The notes under the pieces: model-generated
Told to the model about the DNA's origin: nothing
The model's database searches: none
What the model saw: the letters and a program-made list of their open reading frames with translations, nothing else
Position numbers and translations under genes: made by a program
Shown here: one piece after another, positions 9,754-21,055 of the stretch
Position numbering within the stretch: position 1 is the stretch's first letter
How the letters are laid out: every line of letters starts with the position of its first letter
NCBI GenBank assembly: GCA_965197475.1
Contig: CBDANF010000002.1
Coordinates: 704,001 to 768,000, forward strand
Direction of reading: 5' to 3'
DNA length: 64,000 bases
Origin: Candidatus Poribacteria bacterium
Lineage (GTDB): Bacteria; Poribacteria; WGA-4E; WGA-3G

Positions 9754-11445
9754 ATGAAAAACGTTTCTTTTAGTCGGTCTTCTGCTGATAAAATAGTGAG
9801 AACCGACTTAATCTTGTGCTTGTCATCGCGGACTTCCCTCCAAAAATTTTTCCTAACAATTCTTATTTTCACAATATTTTTTCTATCTGTTCCAGCAAAA
9901 GCCGATTCACAGAAAAAAGGCGGCACGTTAATTTTTGGACGCGGTGGCGACTCTATCGGGTTAGATCCGGCATTTGAAGTAGATGGAGAATCTTTCAAAG
10001 TCTGCGACAATATCTACGACACTCTCGTTCACTATAAAGATGGCACGATTGAACTTGAACCGGGTCTTGCTACAAGATGGGAGAGTTCAGAGGACGGTTT
10101 GAAATGGACGTTCTACCTTCGGCAAGGTGTCACTTTTCATGACGGAACTCCTTTCAATGCAGAAGCAGTTCTTTTTTCCTTTAACAGACAGCACGATAAG
10201 GCACACCCATTTTATAACGTTGGCGGCAGCTATACTTACTGGGTGGCAACTGGTTTAGCAGAAATTGTTGATAAAATTATCGCTGTTGACGAGTTTACCG
10301 TCCAATTTCGCCTTAAAACTGTTTATGCTCCCTTTATCTACACAATTGCTATAGCCCCTTTTTCTATTGTCAGCCCAACAGCAGTTCAAAAGTGGGGTGA
10401 TGCGTATTCCAACAATCCCGTTGGCACCGGTCCTTTCAAGTTTGTTCAGTGGGATAGGAAGGATAAAGTCGTGCTTGAAGCAAACGATGACTATTGGGGA
10501 GGCCGACCCGTGTTAGATCGCGTCATTTTCCGTTATATTCCCGACAACTCAGTTCGTCTCGTTAAACTTCAGCAAGGGAGCCTCCATGCTATGGAGTATC
10601 CAAATCCGGACGATCTGCAGCAAATTTTGGATGATGAAACTCTTGAATTGCTCTCGCAACCCGGCATGAATATTGGTTATTTAGCGATGAACATGGACAA
10701 ACCACCGTTTGATAACCTTAAAGTGAGACTCGCAGTAAACCATGCAGTAAACAAATCAGCGATCATTGATCATTTATATCAGGGGCTCGGCATTCCTGCG
10801 AAAAATCCCATTCCACCAACGCTTTGGAGTTATGACGACACAATTGAGGATTACGCCTACGATCCAGAATTAGCAAAACAACTTCTGGCTGAGGCAGGAT
10901 ATCCCAACGGATTTGAAACGACACTCTGGGCCCTACCGATTCCTGGTTCTACCATTCCTGACGGGCGGGCACTTGCAGAAGTACTCCAATCTGAACTCCG
11001 AAATATTGGGATTGAAACAAAGATAGTTACCTATGACTGGGGCACCTATCTTGAGAAGATAAAAAATGGGGAACACGATATCGCAATGTTGGGATGGAGT
11101 GCTGACCTCGGCGATCCAGATAATTTCTTCTACTTTCTTTTGAGTAAATCGTCTGCAGAGAAGCCAGCGGGAAATATAGCATTTTATCGTAGTGATGCGA
11201 TGCAAGATGTTTTAGAACAAGCAAGAGCAACCTCAAATAAAGAAAAACGAATCTCACTTTATAAAGAAGCACAGCGGATTTTTCACAAAGACGTACCGTG
11301 GTTGCCATTAGTACACGCGCAACAAGTTTTAGTTATTAACAAGAAGGTTAAAAATCTCAAACTCCATCCATTGGATTGGAAATACCTCCGCAAAGTTTGG
11401 ATCAAAAATAGCAGAGAAAACATTAATTCTTATACTAATCAATAA
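9754..11445 (+). CDS. ABC transporter peptide-binding protein (DppA/OppA, family 5)
   Basis: LDP, PGLATRWE, LRQGVTFHDG, PVGTGPF, KVRLAVNHA, LAEAGYPNG; the true start may lie downstream. Confidence 0.93.
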   Translation: MKNVSFSRSSADKIVRTDLILCLSSRTSLQKFFLTILIFTIFFLSVPAKADSQKKGGTLIFGRGGDSIGLDPAFEVDGESFKVCDNIYDTLVHYKDGTIELEPGLATRWESSEDGLKWTFYLRQGVTFHDGTPFNAEAVLFSFNRQHDKAHPFYNVGGSYTYWVATGLAEIVDKIIAVDEFTVQFRLKTVYAPFIYTIAIAPFSIVSPTAVQKWGDAYSNNPVGTGPFKFVQWDRKDKVVLEANDDYWGGRPVLDRVIFRYIPDNSVRLVKLQQGSLHAMEYPNPDDLQQILDDETLELLSQPGMNIGYLAMNMDKPPFDNLKVRLAVNHAVNKSAIIDHLYQGLGIPAKNPIPPTLWSYDDTIEDYAYDPELAKQLLAEAGYPNGFETTLWALPIPGSTIPDGRALAEVLQSELRNIGIETKIVTYDWGTYLEKIKNGEHDIAMLGWSADLGDPDNFFYFLLSKSSAEKPAGNIAFYRSDAMQDVLEQARATSNKEKRISLYKEAQRIFHKDVPWLPLVHAQQVLVINKKVKNLKLHPLDWKYLRKVWIKNSRENINSYTNQ

Positions 11446-11552
11446 ACCTAAGACTATTATTCCTGCTTTTGATGATACAGTCATCGCGCGATTCAATCTC
11501 AATGCTAAAATAGAGACACTTAATTTCCTCAGCTACCGTCCTCTATATCGTG

Positions 11553-13581
11553 CTAAACTACTCTGCAATCCACCGAAACAGACAATTCGTGTGTTCCACT
11601 CCCAAAAACAACCCCCTTGAGCGGGGTTACGTCTGAGTAATCTCTCCCCCAAGCAACCGTAATACCATTTCTGAATAATTATATTCCATTTGCGACTTTC
11701 GTGAAATATTTAAAATTTGTAATTTGAGCAATAGCTGCCTTCGTATACTTTCTCAAGATTTGTGTGATTTTGTCCTGCATTTCCTCTATTGACCCCAATG
11801 TGTGCTGAAACAATTTGGCTTTGATGTCTTGCCAGAGTCTTTCGATCGGGTTCAACTCTGGACTATAAGGGGGTAGAAAAATCAAGGCGATATTGTCAGG
11901 AAGTTGTAGCGATTTCGCCTGATGAAAACGACCATTATCAAGCACAAGGACATTTAGCGTCTTTGGAAAAGTCTTTGCTAACTCATCAATGCATACTTGG
12001 AAACAGACACCATTGAGCCAGGGCATTTCAAGGAAGAAACTTTCTCCTGTTATCGGTTCCACAGCACCGTATAGATAAAGGCTCTGGTAAGTGTGATCAA
12101 CATTGGCAATCGGTTTAACACCGCGTAAAGTGGGACGCCGAGACGACACAGGCAAAAGACCACACCTTGACTCGTCTTGGCAAAAAAGTCGGACGCTTTG
12201 AAAAGAAGATGCCTTCTCCGAAATCACCTCCTCAACTTTGGTAGCGAAGTTAGCAACGAACGCATCACACGCTACATCGTTTTTTTATGACTTTTGCGAG
12301 GCACTTTGAGTTTCGCATTCCATTTATACCGAACTAACGCATGAACTGTTTTATAGTGCATTTTGACACCGAAGGTTTCTTCAATATAATCTGTTATCTG
12401 TTGATAACTGGAAAAACCTTCTGGTTTTTGAAGTTCCGCTCGCAGCAGCTCTTGTTGTTCTTTGGATAACCGAGGGGGACGCCCGGGAAATAATCACGAT
12501 CCAAAAGCGCATCAAGTCCTTCAGTCTCATAAGTCGCTATCCAGTGTCCAATCGTTTTTCGGCTGACACCTAACCTCTCAGCGACTTGCTTGCGAGTTAT
12601 TGCTTGACCACTACGAAATAGGTAAAGGGCTGTCAATCTTTGCTTTTGATAACCTACTGATGTCTCTCTCAACAGGCTTTTCAACTCTGAAACACTTTCT
12701 GTAATCTCTGGAGGCTTTATGTGCATTGGTATCAATCCTATGATTTGTATAATTGGAAAAAGTATAGCAGAAATTGAAAACTTTTAAAAGGATAAATATA
12801 TACAAGAAATGGTATAATATGCCGGTCAGATGGAATTTGGTTATTGGTCGGATCAAAATCGATCCAACCGATGTCTGGCAGATAAACTGAAACCCACGCA
12901 TGAGAAGCACCTGTACCGACTAACTGTTCTTGGTCAGACTGTGCTACCGTTTCAATGTACCCGCTGACGTAACGCGCCGCTAATCCCATTGCGCGTAGAC
13001 AGCCAATTCCGAGATGTGCGAAGTCCTGACACACCCCGGCGATGTTTTATCACATCTGCCAAAGGTGTAGCAACCGTAGTAAAATCTGGGTCGTAGACAA
13101 AATCGTTGTAAAGACGCATGATTAAATCTTCTACCGCTTCAAGCAGAGAACGTCCTTGAGTGAACGAACGGTCTGCATAAGAACGAAGTTCGGGCATTTC
13201 ATGGACCATTGGAGAGTTAAGAATATACTGCCGCATCTCCAAAATATCAGCGTCCCGATCAGTATGTAGCTGTTCCCTAACAACTTCCCATGCGATGCTT
13301 TCAGCAAAATCCTGATGCGTTTCCCTATCATTGACTTCCACATGGCTTGTAACCGTAACGTTTAGATCTTGGTGTGGGCGTTGAATGGTGAAATAGCAAA
13401 CAGTATTTCCGAAGAAATCCTTTCGTTCACGGTAGCCTGTCGGTTCGGGATCAACAGTAAATTCACTTTGCGTGCAGGCTTGTCGTTCAAAACTTCGTGG
13501 AGTCAGTCGTGCTTCGTTATGACAGAGGTTGACAAGGCTGTTATAACTGTACTGAGTGTTGTGGGTAATCTTATAGTTCAT
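11553..13581 (-). pseudogene. Transglutaminase-family protein, frameshifted near 13030 and interrupted by IS630
   Basis: GVCQDFAH, ARYVSGY, ASHAW, FDPTN; the frame resumes after the IS as (RHI)TVAWGRDYSDVTPLKG...SVDCRVV, stop at 11553. Confidence 0.92.
11662..12814 (-). mobile_element. IS630-family insertion sequence (transposase split into ORFs)
   Basis: TIRs (A)TACCATTTCT/AGAAATGGTA; TA duplicated at 11660-61 and 12815-16; HTH ORF plus DDE ORF (QDESR, LDNG, LPPYSPELNPIE); A7 run near 12280; extra indel near 12480. Confidence 0.95.
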
Positions 13582-13612
13582 TGTTGTCGCAAAAATCTAT
13601 GAAGGGTCTGTT

Positions 13613-16266
13613 TTAACCAACTGTTGAGGTCCCTGATACATGACTAAAATAGGTTTGCGTGAGAACATCGGATATTTCTATCAATATCTGTGCAAGCCGA
13701 ACCAAGAATTTTTCTAATCCTTGGCGTTGTGTCGTTTGTTCAAACCTTTGTGCAAGCTGAAGTGTGTTGGATAGTTGCAACTGCGTCAAAGTTTCCAAGA
13801 TTAATTGTTCCTCCTCGCTAAGTCGGTAACCAACCTTTTCCCGTGGCAGATCGCGAATCTGCTCCTGGAGTCGTTTTAATTGATAGACCAACGAGCGCGG
13901 GTTGCTTTCGTCCAGAAGCAGCATCTCAAGTGCAGTTGGAAGGTGTAATGCTGATCGATAACGACTCCGATAGGTAATCAAGCTTTCTGCAGCCGCAAGT
14001 ATAGATTCAAGTAGCAGATGTTCAATCCATTCTCCTTGCACTGCGACCAGACTTGACCGACACAGCACAATGAGGAGCAGTGCCCGTTCAATGCGACGTC
14101 CCATATCAAGGCTAACCCAGCGAATCGTTTGTGTCATACTTTCCGCGTTGAGCCCACTCAGTGCTGCAAGAAAAATCATCAGCTGGTCAAGTTCCGTTTG
14201 AATATGTTGTAACGTGCGTTCATCAGATTCATTTGGGGTGAATTGTGATTGTAAATCCTCATCCTTGGAGATATTATTTTCAAGCGCGTTACACAAGTTT
14301 TCAATGCTGTTCATTACACGCCATGTATCTGTAGACCAACGATCACGGACAGCATAAGCAGCACTCACCAATGATTGAAGTGTTGACACGAGACTGCCGC
14401 TATTTTTTGTGTCAAGCATGATGGAAAGCAGTTCGCTTTCTAACCCTTGTCCGCCTTTACTAACAAATCCCGGATGAGATGACGTTAAACCGGTCAATGA
14501 TGGAGCATACTATAGAGATAAGCGAATTCCGATACGTTTCTTGATTCTTCCCCGTGTGTTTCTGTGAAAACCACTGACGGAAGAGGTTGTCCTAAAGGCA
14601 AAGCTTCCAACCCCATCTTAATTTTGTCCAATGTTATCCGAAGGAGGCGAGCGTGTCCCTCTGCGCGTTCCGCATAGCGACCCACCCAGAACAGATTTTC
14701 AGCGGACCGACTTGATAACCCCTGCGAATCTTCAGAAATAATGGATCCACTTTTCGGATGCTGCCACAAACTGATATGCGGCTCCGGTTCAGGTGCTAAA
14801 ATCCATGTATCTTTACTAACACCACCGTCTTGGATTGAGACTGTCAGTTCACCGACCTCACCTTCACAGCGCGTGAGTCCACCCGGCATCACGGCGTATC
14901 CACTCTTTTCCGCAAATAAGAAGCCTCGAAGAATCGCACGGCGCGGTTCAAGTTTCCCATCAATCAGCGAAGGCGTTGTGGAAAAGTGAATAACCTCTTG
15001 CCCAACATAGAGATATGGTTTGGCATTAATCTGAGCGCGGAGTGTATCAAGTTCTGTGGTACTTAGTTCCGATCCAAATAAGGGTTTCCCGCCAAGTGGA
15101 CGATGAATCGGTTTGACAACCAACTTTTTGAGGTTTTCCAGCACATAGTCTCGGTGTTTCGTGTGTCCGCACCACCACGTCGCGACAGAGGGGAGGCGTA
15201 AATCTTCACCGATTAACCGTTTGGCAATTTTCGGTAAAAACGGCATTAAGGCAGGATTTTCCAAAACGCTACTTCCAGGCGGATTTACGACAACTACATT
15301 GCCCTGACGGATTGCCTCTAACAGTCCTGCCACGCCGAAACGAGAGTCCTGCCGTAGTTCCAATGGATCACAGAAAATGTCGTCTACACGCCGCAAAATG
15401 ATGTCTACGGGTTGTAGTCCATCAAGCGATTTTAGCCACACACGTCCATCTAACACTGTCAGGTCATCGCCTTGAACAAGCGTGTAACCGAGATAACTCG
15501 CCAAATAAGCGTGTTCAAAGTAGGTTTCATTGTAAGGACCGGGTGTCAACACAACGACATGCGGGTTGTCTTTCAGGCGCGGTGCAAACTCTGCTATGCT
15601 GTTTTGCATTGCCCGAAAGAAGAAAGAGAGACGATGAACACCAACTTCACCAAAGAGGTGCGGCAATGTACGCGCCAAAACAGTGCGGTTTTCAAGTGCG
15701 TATCCAGCTCCTGACGGTGCCTGAGTCTGATCGCTCAGCACCTTTATGTTTCCGCTGGAATCTTTAGCTAAATCCGCCGCGTACATTAGCAGCAGATTTT
15801 CATCCGGCGGCACTAACGCGTTACAGGGACGCAAAAACCCAGCGTGTGCATAGACAACTTCCGGGGGAATCAATCCGTCTTTGATTAGCCTTTTCTCGCC
15901 ATACAGGTCCTTCAAAACCAGATTTAAGAGTTCAGCGCGTTGCGTAAGCCCTGCCGAGATGGATTCCCAGTCCGAGTTTGAAATAATCAACGGAATAGGG
16001 TCTAATTCCCAAGGACGTTGTCCATGCTTTTCACCATGAACAACGTAGGTGACACCGTTTTCACGAAGCAGGCGTACTGCCTCCTTATGCCGAGCAGCCA
16101 TATCTTCAAGACCGAGCGTATTCAGTGCTTGAATAAAAGGCTGCCAGTGCGGGTTTATCTGTCCAGAACTGTCAAGCATTTCATCAATCCGTTCAGTGTC
16201 TGCAAATGTTGTAGTGGTATAGTTATCGTCAACGATATCTGAGTTTGTTTTGTCTGTGCGTTGCAT
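13613..16266 (-). pseudogene. Circularly permuted type 2 ATP-grasp fused to alpha-E domain, frameshifted at about 14495
   Basis: QAPSGAGYALENR, YFEHAYLA, ILRRVDD, MPGGLTR, SKDTW; alpha-E WVGRYAERAE and GRRIER; restoring one T (CAT TTG) fuses the two ORFs. Confidence 0.88.
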
Positions 16267-16379
16267 TCTTCAAGCGATGCCTTCTTATGAAGTAAAATTT
16301 TGATAGTTGACAATTCTCACTCAGTTGTGATGTGGGTGATTTTCATATAAAAGCTGAGTTTCAAATTTCGCTATCCTTT

Positions 16380-17849
16380 TTAATTTCTGGTTATAACCGA
16401 ATCTTTTAAAATCTTTAGCCAATCTGATTTGTTTAATTCTCCAGGTCTATCCACCTCGTCGTTATAGAAATACACCATTTCGCTCATGTCAAGAGTAAGT
16501 GCTTTTGACAAGTTTTGCTATAAAATCAACACTGACAGCTTTTAGATTCATGACGAACTCACAGATTGCGACGTAACCGGCGAGGAACTTTTTATGAACG
16601 CCACGAAAGGGACGAAGGAAGTTTCGCAGCGTCGTCCAGGCACCTTCAATCGTCCTTGTATGGATCTCGTAAAGACCATCACCGTCTGCGTCTCTTGCCC
16701 ACTCGCCATCCTTATGGAGAACAATCTCACGGGCGCGCTGAATACGGTTATAGCCACGCCAACCATCCGTATACACCGTTGAAGTCGGCAACGTCCACTG
16801 ATGAACGTGTGTTGAAAGCGTCGCAGAATCGGTGTGCCGCACAACACGTAATCTCAGGAGACCGCTTTCGCGACCTTTCGTCCCAACAATAGGCGGACGA
16901 TCATTGTCATAAGTCCCATGTCCCCTGCGTTTATTGCCACGCCGACGCGGCGGATCCGAAGCATCAACGTGCTTATCGCCTTTTTCACCGGCGTTTTGAA
17001 ACATCTCATCTGTTTCGACTTCAGCATCAGGTAAAGCAGCTTCGGGTTGTATCTGCTCTGCCGAAGTTTGGAGTTTACGTCTTATAGAAAGAACGGTTTG
17101 ACGACTTAGACCCAGTTCACACCCGAGTTGTGCACTTGAAACACCTTGACAGACACCGCGCAAAAGCAGAACGACCTGTGAGGGACGAAACTGCGTGCCA
17201 GCAAAGACCGTCCCGGTATAGAGGTTGTAGATGCTCTCACAGTGTTTGCAGCGATACACTTGTAGACCACTTGTTTCAGTCGGACGGAACTTGCGTGCCT
17301 CCGCCACGCTCGCTTGGCATTTTGGGCAACACAGCCCTTGAGGGTGGAAATGATCCAACACCCACGCTTGAGTTTTTTCTTCATCCAGGAGAGATTGTAT
17401 TGGAAAGTCCATAGGTAACACGCTAACATAACTTTGAAAAAATAGCACTTACTTTTTACATGAGCCCACCATTTTATTTTGGACGTGCCTTAAGAAAGGG
17501 ATTTTTTGGATAGTATCCTTTAGCTGCCGGTCACACGTGTGAAAGGTGACATTAGAACAGTTTGCATAATATAGATATTCGAAATCCCTCATGATTTCTC
17601 GTTTATAACTTCCTTTTGATTTTGTAATATGTAGTATCATTGTCAACTGCAATGCAAGGATATAGTAAGCATAAGAAGCAAAGTACTTTAAATTCTTGAG
17701 GGTAGTTTCTTCCCATCTTTTGAAAATTTGAGTTTTTTCTTCTGCTTTGACATGAAAGCATTCGCACGCAAAATCCAACCATTCCTTATTCCGGATATAG
17801 GTACGTTGATCTTCTTTTAGGTGTCTATCTTCTTCTCTTATCGGCTTAT
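16380..17849 (-). pseudogene. AT-rich gene remnant (possible PIN-like C-terminus) interrupted by IS1595 and cut by a MITE
   Basis: Frame QNKMV/YFYNDEVD...ITRN* is continuous across the IS; open upstream to the MITE at 17852; DFEYLYY...FHTCDRQL. Confidence 0.6.
16481..17466 (-). mobile_element. IS1595-family insertion sequence (transposase 16489-17412)
   Basis: TIRs GCTCATGTCAAGAGTAAGTGCT / AGCACTTACTTTTTACATGAGC; 8-bp TSD CACCATTT at 16473-80 and 17467-74; Zn ribbon CPKC..CKHC, ETDE, YTDG, TIEG. Confidence 0.95.
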
Positions 17850-17851
17850 TA

Positions 17852-17975
17852 TACCAATTCTGATAAATAAAATGCCATTACGGAGATTTTATGAGATTTC
17901 GAATGTAAGAGGCGCGTGAATTGCGCGACTACAAAAGCGTTTTGTTAATGAAAAGCCATCATTCAGAAATGGTAT
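17852..17975 (+). mobile_element. IS630-derived MITE, copy 1, with internal REP-like hairpin
   Basis: TACCAATTCTGA...TCAGAAATGGTAT flanked by TA; near-identical to 48796-48938. Confidence 0.85.
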
Positions 17976-18016
17976 TACATTCAATGTTGATTTTAGATCG
18001 TTTCTATAGGGAGAGG

Positions 18017-18037
18017 GTAGCGACCGGGAGATCGCTC
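18017..18037 (+). repeat. GTAG-type REP-like hairpin
   Basis: GTAGCGACCGGGAGATCGCTC. Confidence 0.45.
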
Positions 18038-18076
18038 AGTCAGGGACGAGATAGAATTTTAAAAACGTTAAAATTA

Positions 18077-18105
18077 ACGCCAAATGCAATGAATGCATTT
18101 GGCGT
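18077..18105 (-). terminator. 12-bp stem-loop downstream of the Gfo gene
   Basis: ACGCCAAATGCA-atgaa-TGCATTTGGCGT followed by a T-rich tract on the minus strand. Confidence 0.55.
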
Positions 18106-18130
18106 ATGAAATTTCGTATTAAAATCTGTT

Positions 18131-19111
18131 TTAGGCGAATGCGTCTTCTTCTACATCTGCGAGAAAAACACGTGCATTATCCTGCAAGGCAGATCGGTGT
18201 ACTGCAGCCTCAAATAGCAGTTCATTCCATGCAGCATTTCCATCTGCAGGAAATGGTTGATCCGCTTGCATTGCTTTAATTACACCGTCAGCCATTCTTT
18301 TGAAAGACTCTGGCATTTCCGGTTTACCAGGTTCGTTTTCCCAGCGTTCCTCAACTTCTGAGTTATTTGCTTTACGGCGTAAGTAAGAACCGTCTAAACC
18401 CCGTGCTTCAGCATAAGATTTGTCGCCAAGCACCTTGATTCGAAGCGGATGGTCGTCGTAACCCCACAGATTTGTGCCGCTCAATGAACCGATTACTCCG
18501 TTTGGCCAACCGATATGAATTAAACGTGCCCAACCGCCAGATGCATTCGGATCACCTACAACACTCACCCACTCTGGTCTTCCCACCGTCCATAGAATAA
18601 GATCAATGATATGTGGCCAGCAGTTAAAATGTGCTCGTGCATGCACCATGCGAATCTCGCCTAATGTTCCTCCCGCAACATCGTCATGGAGCTTTCTGAA
18701 ATGATGCATAAACCTATAATTAAAGTCAATGCCGAATTTGAGACCAGAGTCTCGCCAAGTTGCAATAGCAGGCGCAGCAATCTTGAGATCTTCTTCTCGT
18801 ACGCGAGCCTGTCCTTCTAATCCACAGAGCGGTTTTTCTGTAAAAACGTTCCGACCACCTTCAAGCAGTTCCCGTAACGGTGGGATACGACGTGTTTCAT
18901 TGACAATTAGGAGGACGAGTTCAGCATCACAGTTGGCTAACAACTCTTCAATTGATAAATACCCTGCAACCCCGAAGTGTTCTTTTGCTTTTTCAAGGAG
19001 TCCGGGATCCATTTCGCAAACAGCGACAACCTCCGCGTCTGGATGGTTGTGGAAGTTACCTCCATGCATCATACCCATCTCTCTGCCGCTGATAAGTGCA
19101 CATTTAGTCAT
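18131..19111 (-). CDS. Gfo/Idh/MocA oxidoreductase
   Basis: VVAVCE, TEKPL, NYRF, HIIDL; atypical Rossmann loop ISGREMG. Confidence 0.85.
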   Translation of the reverse strand: MTKCALISGREMGMMHGGNFHNHPDAEVVAVCEMDPGLLEKAKEHFGVAGYLSIEELLANCDAELVLLIVNETRRIPPLRELLEGGRNVFTEKPLCGLEGQARVREEDLKIAAPAIATWRDSGLKFGIDFNYRFMHHFRKLHDDVAGGTLGEIRMVHARAHFNCWPHIIDLILWTVGRPEWVSVVGDPNASGGWARLIHIGWPNGVIGSLSGTNLWGYDDHPLRIKVLGDKSYAEARGLDGSYLRRKANNSEVEERWENEPGKPEMPESFKRMADGVIKAMQADQPFPADGNAAWNELLFEAAVHRSALQDNARVFLADVEEDAFA

Positions 19112-19296
19112 AACTTAATCCTTTCCATTTTTATTCAGAAGTGTCGTAATGAGATTCCTCGAATTGAGGAAACACCGCTGAGGTCTCATTCTGTATGATC
19201 TCACCATATACTTGTTGGTTTTCTTTTAAAGTAGAGACGAGGCTTCCTCAACAAAGTTCTACATGATTATATGGAAACCAATTTTGTCCAGTTTAA

Positions 19297-19544
19297 CAAT
19301 ACCTTCGCCAAAAAATACTTGAATAAATAGAGCGATTGTCCTTAAGTTATAACAACTAAACATAACTTAGAAAGGACAATCCCTCATGCCTGAAATTATA
19401 GCACTGTTTACTGTTTTTATTCCACATTTATCCGTAACGACGACCCATCAGTTATCCCAAGTTGTCCTCACACTGCTTGCCATGATAGGGCGGATAACAA
19501 TGTTAATATATCTCACAGGACTTAACAAGTTTGTAGCTATGTAG
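19297..19544 (+). mobile_element. Truncated IS left end with transposase N-terminal stub (19386-19544)
   Basis: CAATACCTTCGCCAAA end; hairpin 19334-19381 covers the RBS; MPEIIALF...LLAMIGRITML resembles the start of an IS4/IS701-like transposase. Confidence 0.55.
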
Positions 19545-19551
19545 GGAAATA

Positions 19552-21006
19552 CTACGCGCCAGGATAGAGTCTTCCGAAATATGGTGAGAATCCTGCCGGT
19601 CCGGGGAACCCATCATAGAATCGACAATCGGTTGGGAATGACCCCTCGCCACCACTTCGCAACCACGCCATTAACGCGGGATCAATGCCACGGCGTGCAA
19701 TCTCATCAACAGCAGCAGCGTGTAGTTTCGCAACGATATCCTGATGTTGATCTTGGACATGTTCTAACGTTCCAAGTTTGGTAAGTTTCGAGTTTTCAGG
19801 TTTCGCGGCAACCTCTAAGTTCCATTCTTGGTCAAAAGCGGTAAAGAGGATAGTATTTTCTCTTTGTGATGCTTGCTTCCACCTTTCAACGCTGCCACCA
19901 GATAATGCGACCTCTCTTTCGCCTGATTTACCTTCACGCGCGGGTGTTAAAAAGTCGTGTCCTTCAATACCTTCAGGGTAATCTTCACCAAGAATACTAA
20001 AAATAGTCGGGAAGAAATCTTGGGGTTGGACGATCACGTTACTACGTCCTGTATCCCCTTCTGGTAGACGGACAAAGAGCGGGACATGTCCCACCTGTTC
20101 ACGGACAGGTTGTCCTTTACCGAACGAACCGCGTTCCCCGACATTCGTGCCGTGGTCACCAGTTAGAATAACAGCAGTATTCTTATCAAGCCCAGTAGAT
20201 TCAAGCGCGTCCACGAATTGACCGAAGCAGTGGTCCATCCATGTCAACTTCGCGGCATATTGGTCTTTGATATGTTGCTTCGCCGCATCAGAGAGACTTG
20301 CTTTGTTCCTACCGCCGAGACTTCGCGGGTCAATATTTCCATCATAGCCAGGTCGTTTGTCATATTTTTTCATGAATTCGGGTGGGGAATCCCACGGTTC
20401 ATGTGGATCAAAGCAGTCCACCCAGAGAAAGAAATTCTCTCGTTTTGCGTTATCTTTCAGGAATTGCGCGGCGGTGTTAAAGAGTTTTGCACAGTTCCAA
20501 TCTTCAAGTTTTTTGCGATTTCGGTTGGCACGCGCATAACTCCGGAGCATATTTGATTGAAATGCATTATCGTCAAGACAATCAAAAAGTGTTTCTTTAA
20601 CCCAATTGTCGGGCATAGGTACAGTATCCATAATCCAGTCACGGTCTACTTCAGCACCGCGAACGAATGTCCAGGCGTGAAAGGGCCAGTCGAAGTTATG
20701 CCCCCCGTTGACAAGATGTGGCGTGTCGTGAATAAGTTGCGTCGCGTAACCTCGCTGTGCAAGCGTTCGAGGTAACGTTTGTCGTTCATGTCGCAGCGGT
20801 TTCCACGGATGGAATGGCGCACCATATTGACCCGTGATAACATCAGTCCGGTAAGGAATAGTCGGGAAACTCGCACAGAAAGCACGATCAAATGCCCATG
20901 CTTTAGATGCAAACCGATCAATGTTGGGTGTTTCTATCCAATCATTGCCGTTTGCACCGATATAATCATAACGTAGTGTGTCAATAACAATGTAAGCTAA
21001 GTTCAT
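19552..21006 (-). CDS. Sulfatase-like hydrolase (alkaline phosphatase superfamily), TxPxR variant
   Basis: IVIDTLRYD, TPNIDRF, PTIPYRTDVITG, FDPHEPW, GDHG, HVPLFV. Confidence 0.88.
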   Translation of the reverse strand: MNLAYIVIDTLRYDYIGANGNDWIETPNIDRFASKAWAFDRAFCASFPTIPYRTDVITGQYGAPFHPWKPLRHERQTLPRTLAQRGYATQLIHDTPHLVNGGHNFDWPFHAWTFVRGAEVDRDWIMDTVPMPDNWVKETLFDCLDDNAFQSNMLRSYARANRNRKKLEDWNCAKLFNTAAQFLKDNAKRENFFLWVDCFDPHEPWDSPPEFMKKYDKRPGYDGNIDPRSLGGRNKASLSDAAKQHIKDQYAAKLTWMDHCFGQFVDALESTGLDKNTAVILTGDHGTNVGERGSFGKGQPVREQVGHVPLFVRLPEGDTGRSNVIVQPQDFFPTIFSILGEDYPEGIEGHDFLTPAREGKSGEREVALSGGSVERWKQASQRENTILFTAFDQEWNLEVAAKPENSKLTKLGTLEHVQDQHQDIVAKLHAAAVDEIARRGIDPALMAWLRSGGEGSFPTDCRFYDGFPGPAGFSPYFGRLYPGA

Positions 21007-21055
21007 ATAATTTCTCCGTTGGTTATAGCACAAAGGTTGTGCCTATTACTTTGCA

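Noticed and set aside
17921-18109. 62-aa ORF
   Set aside because: Made of MITE, REP and terminator sequence
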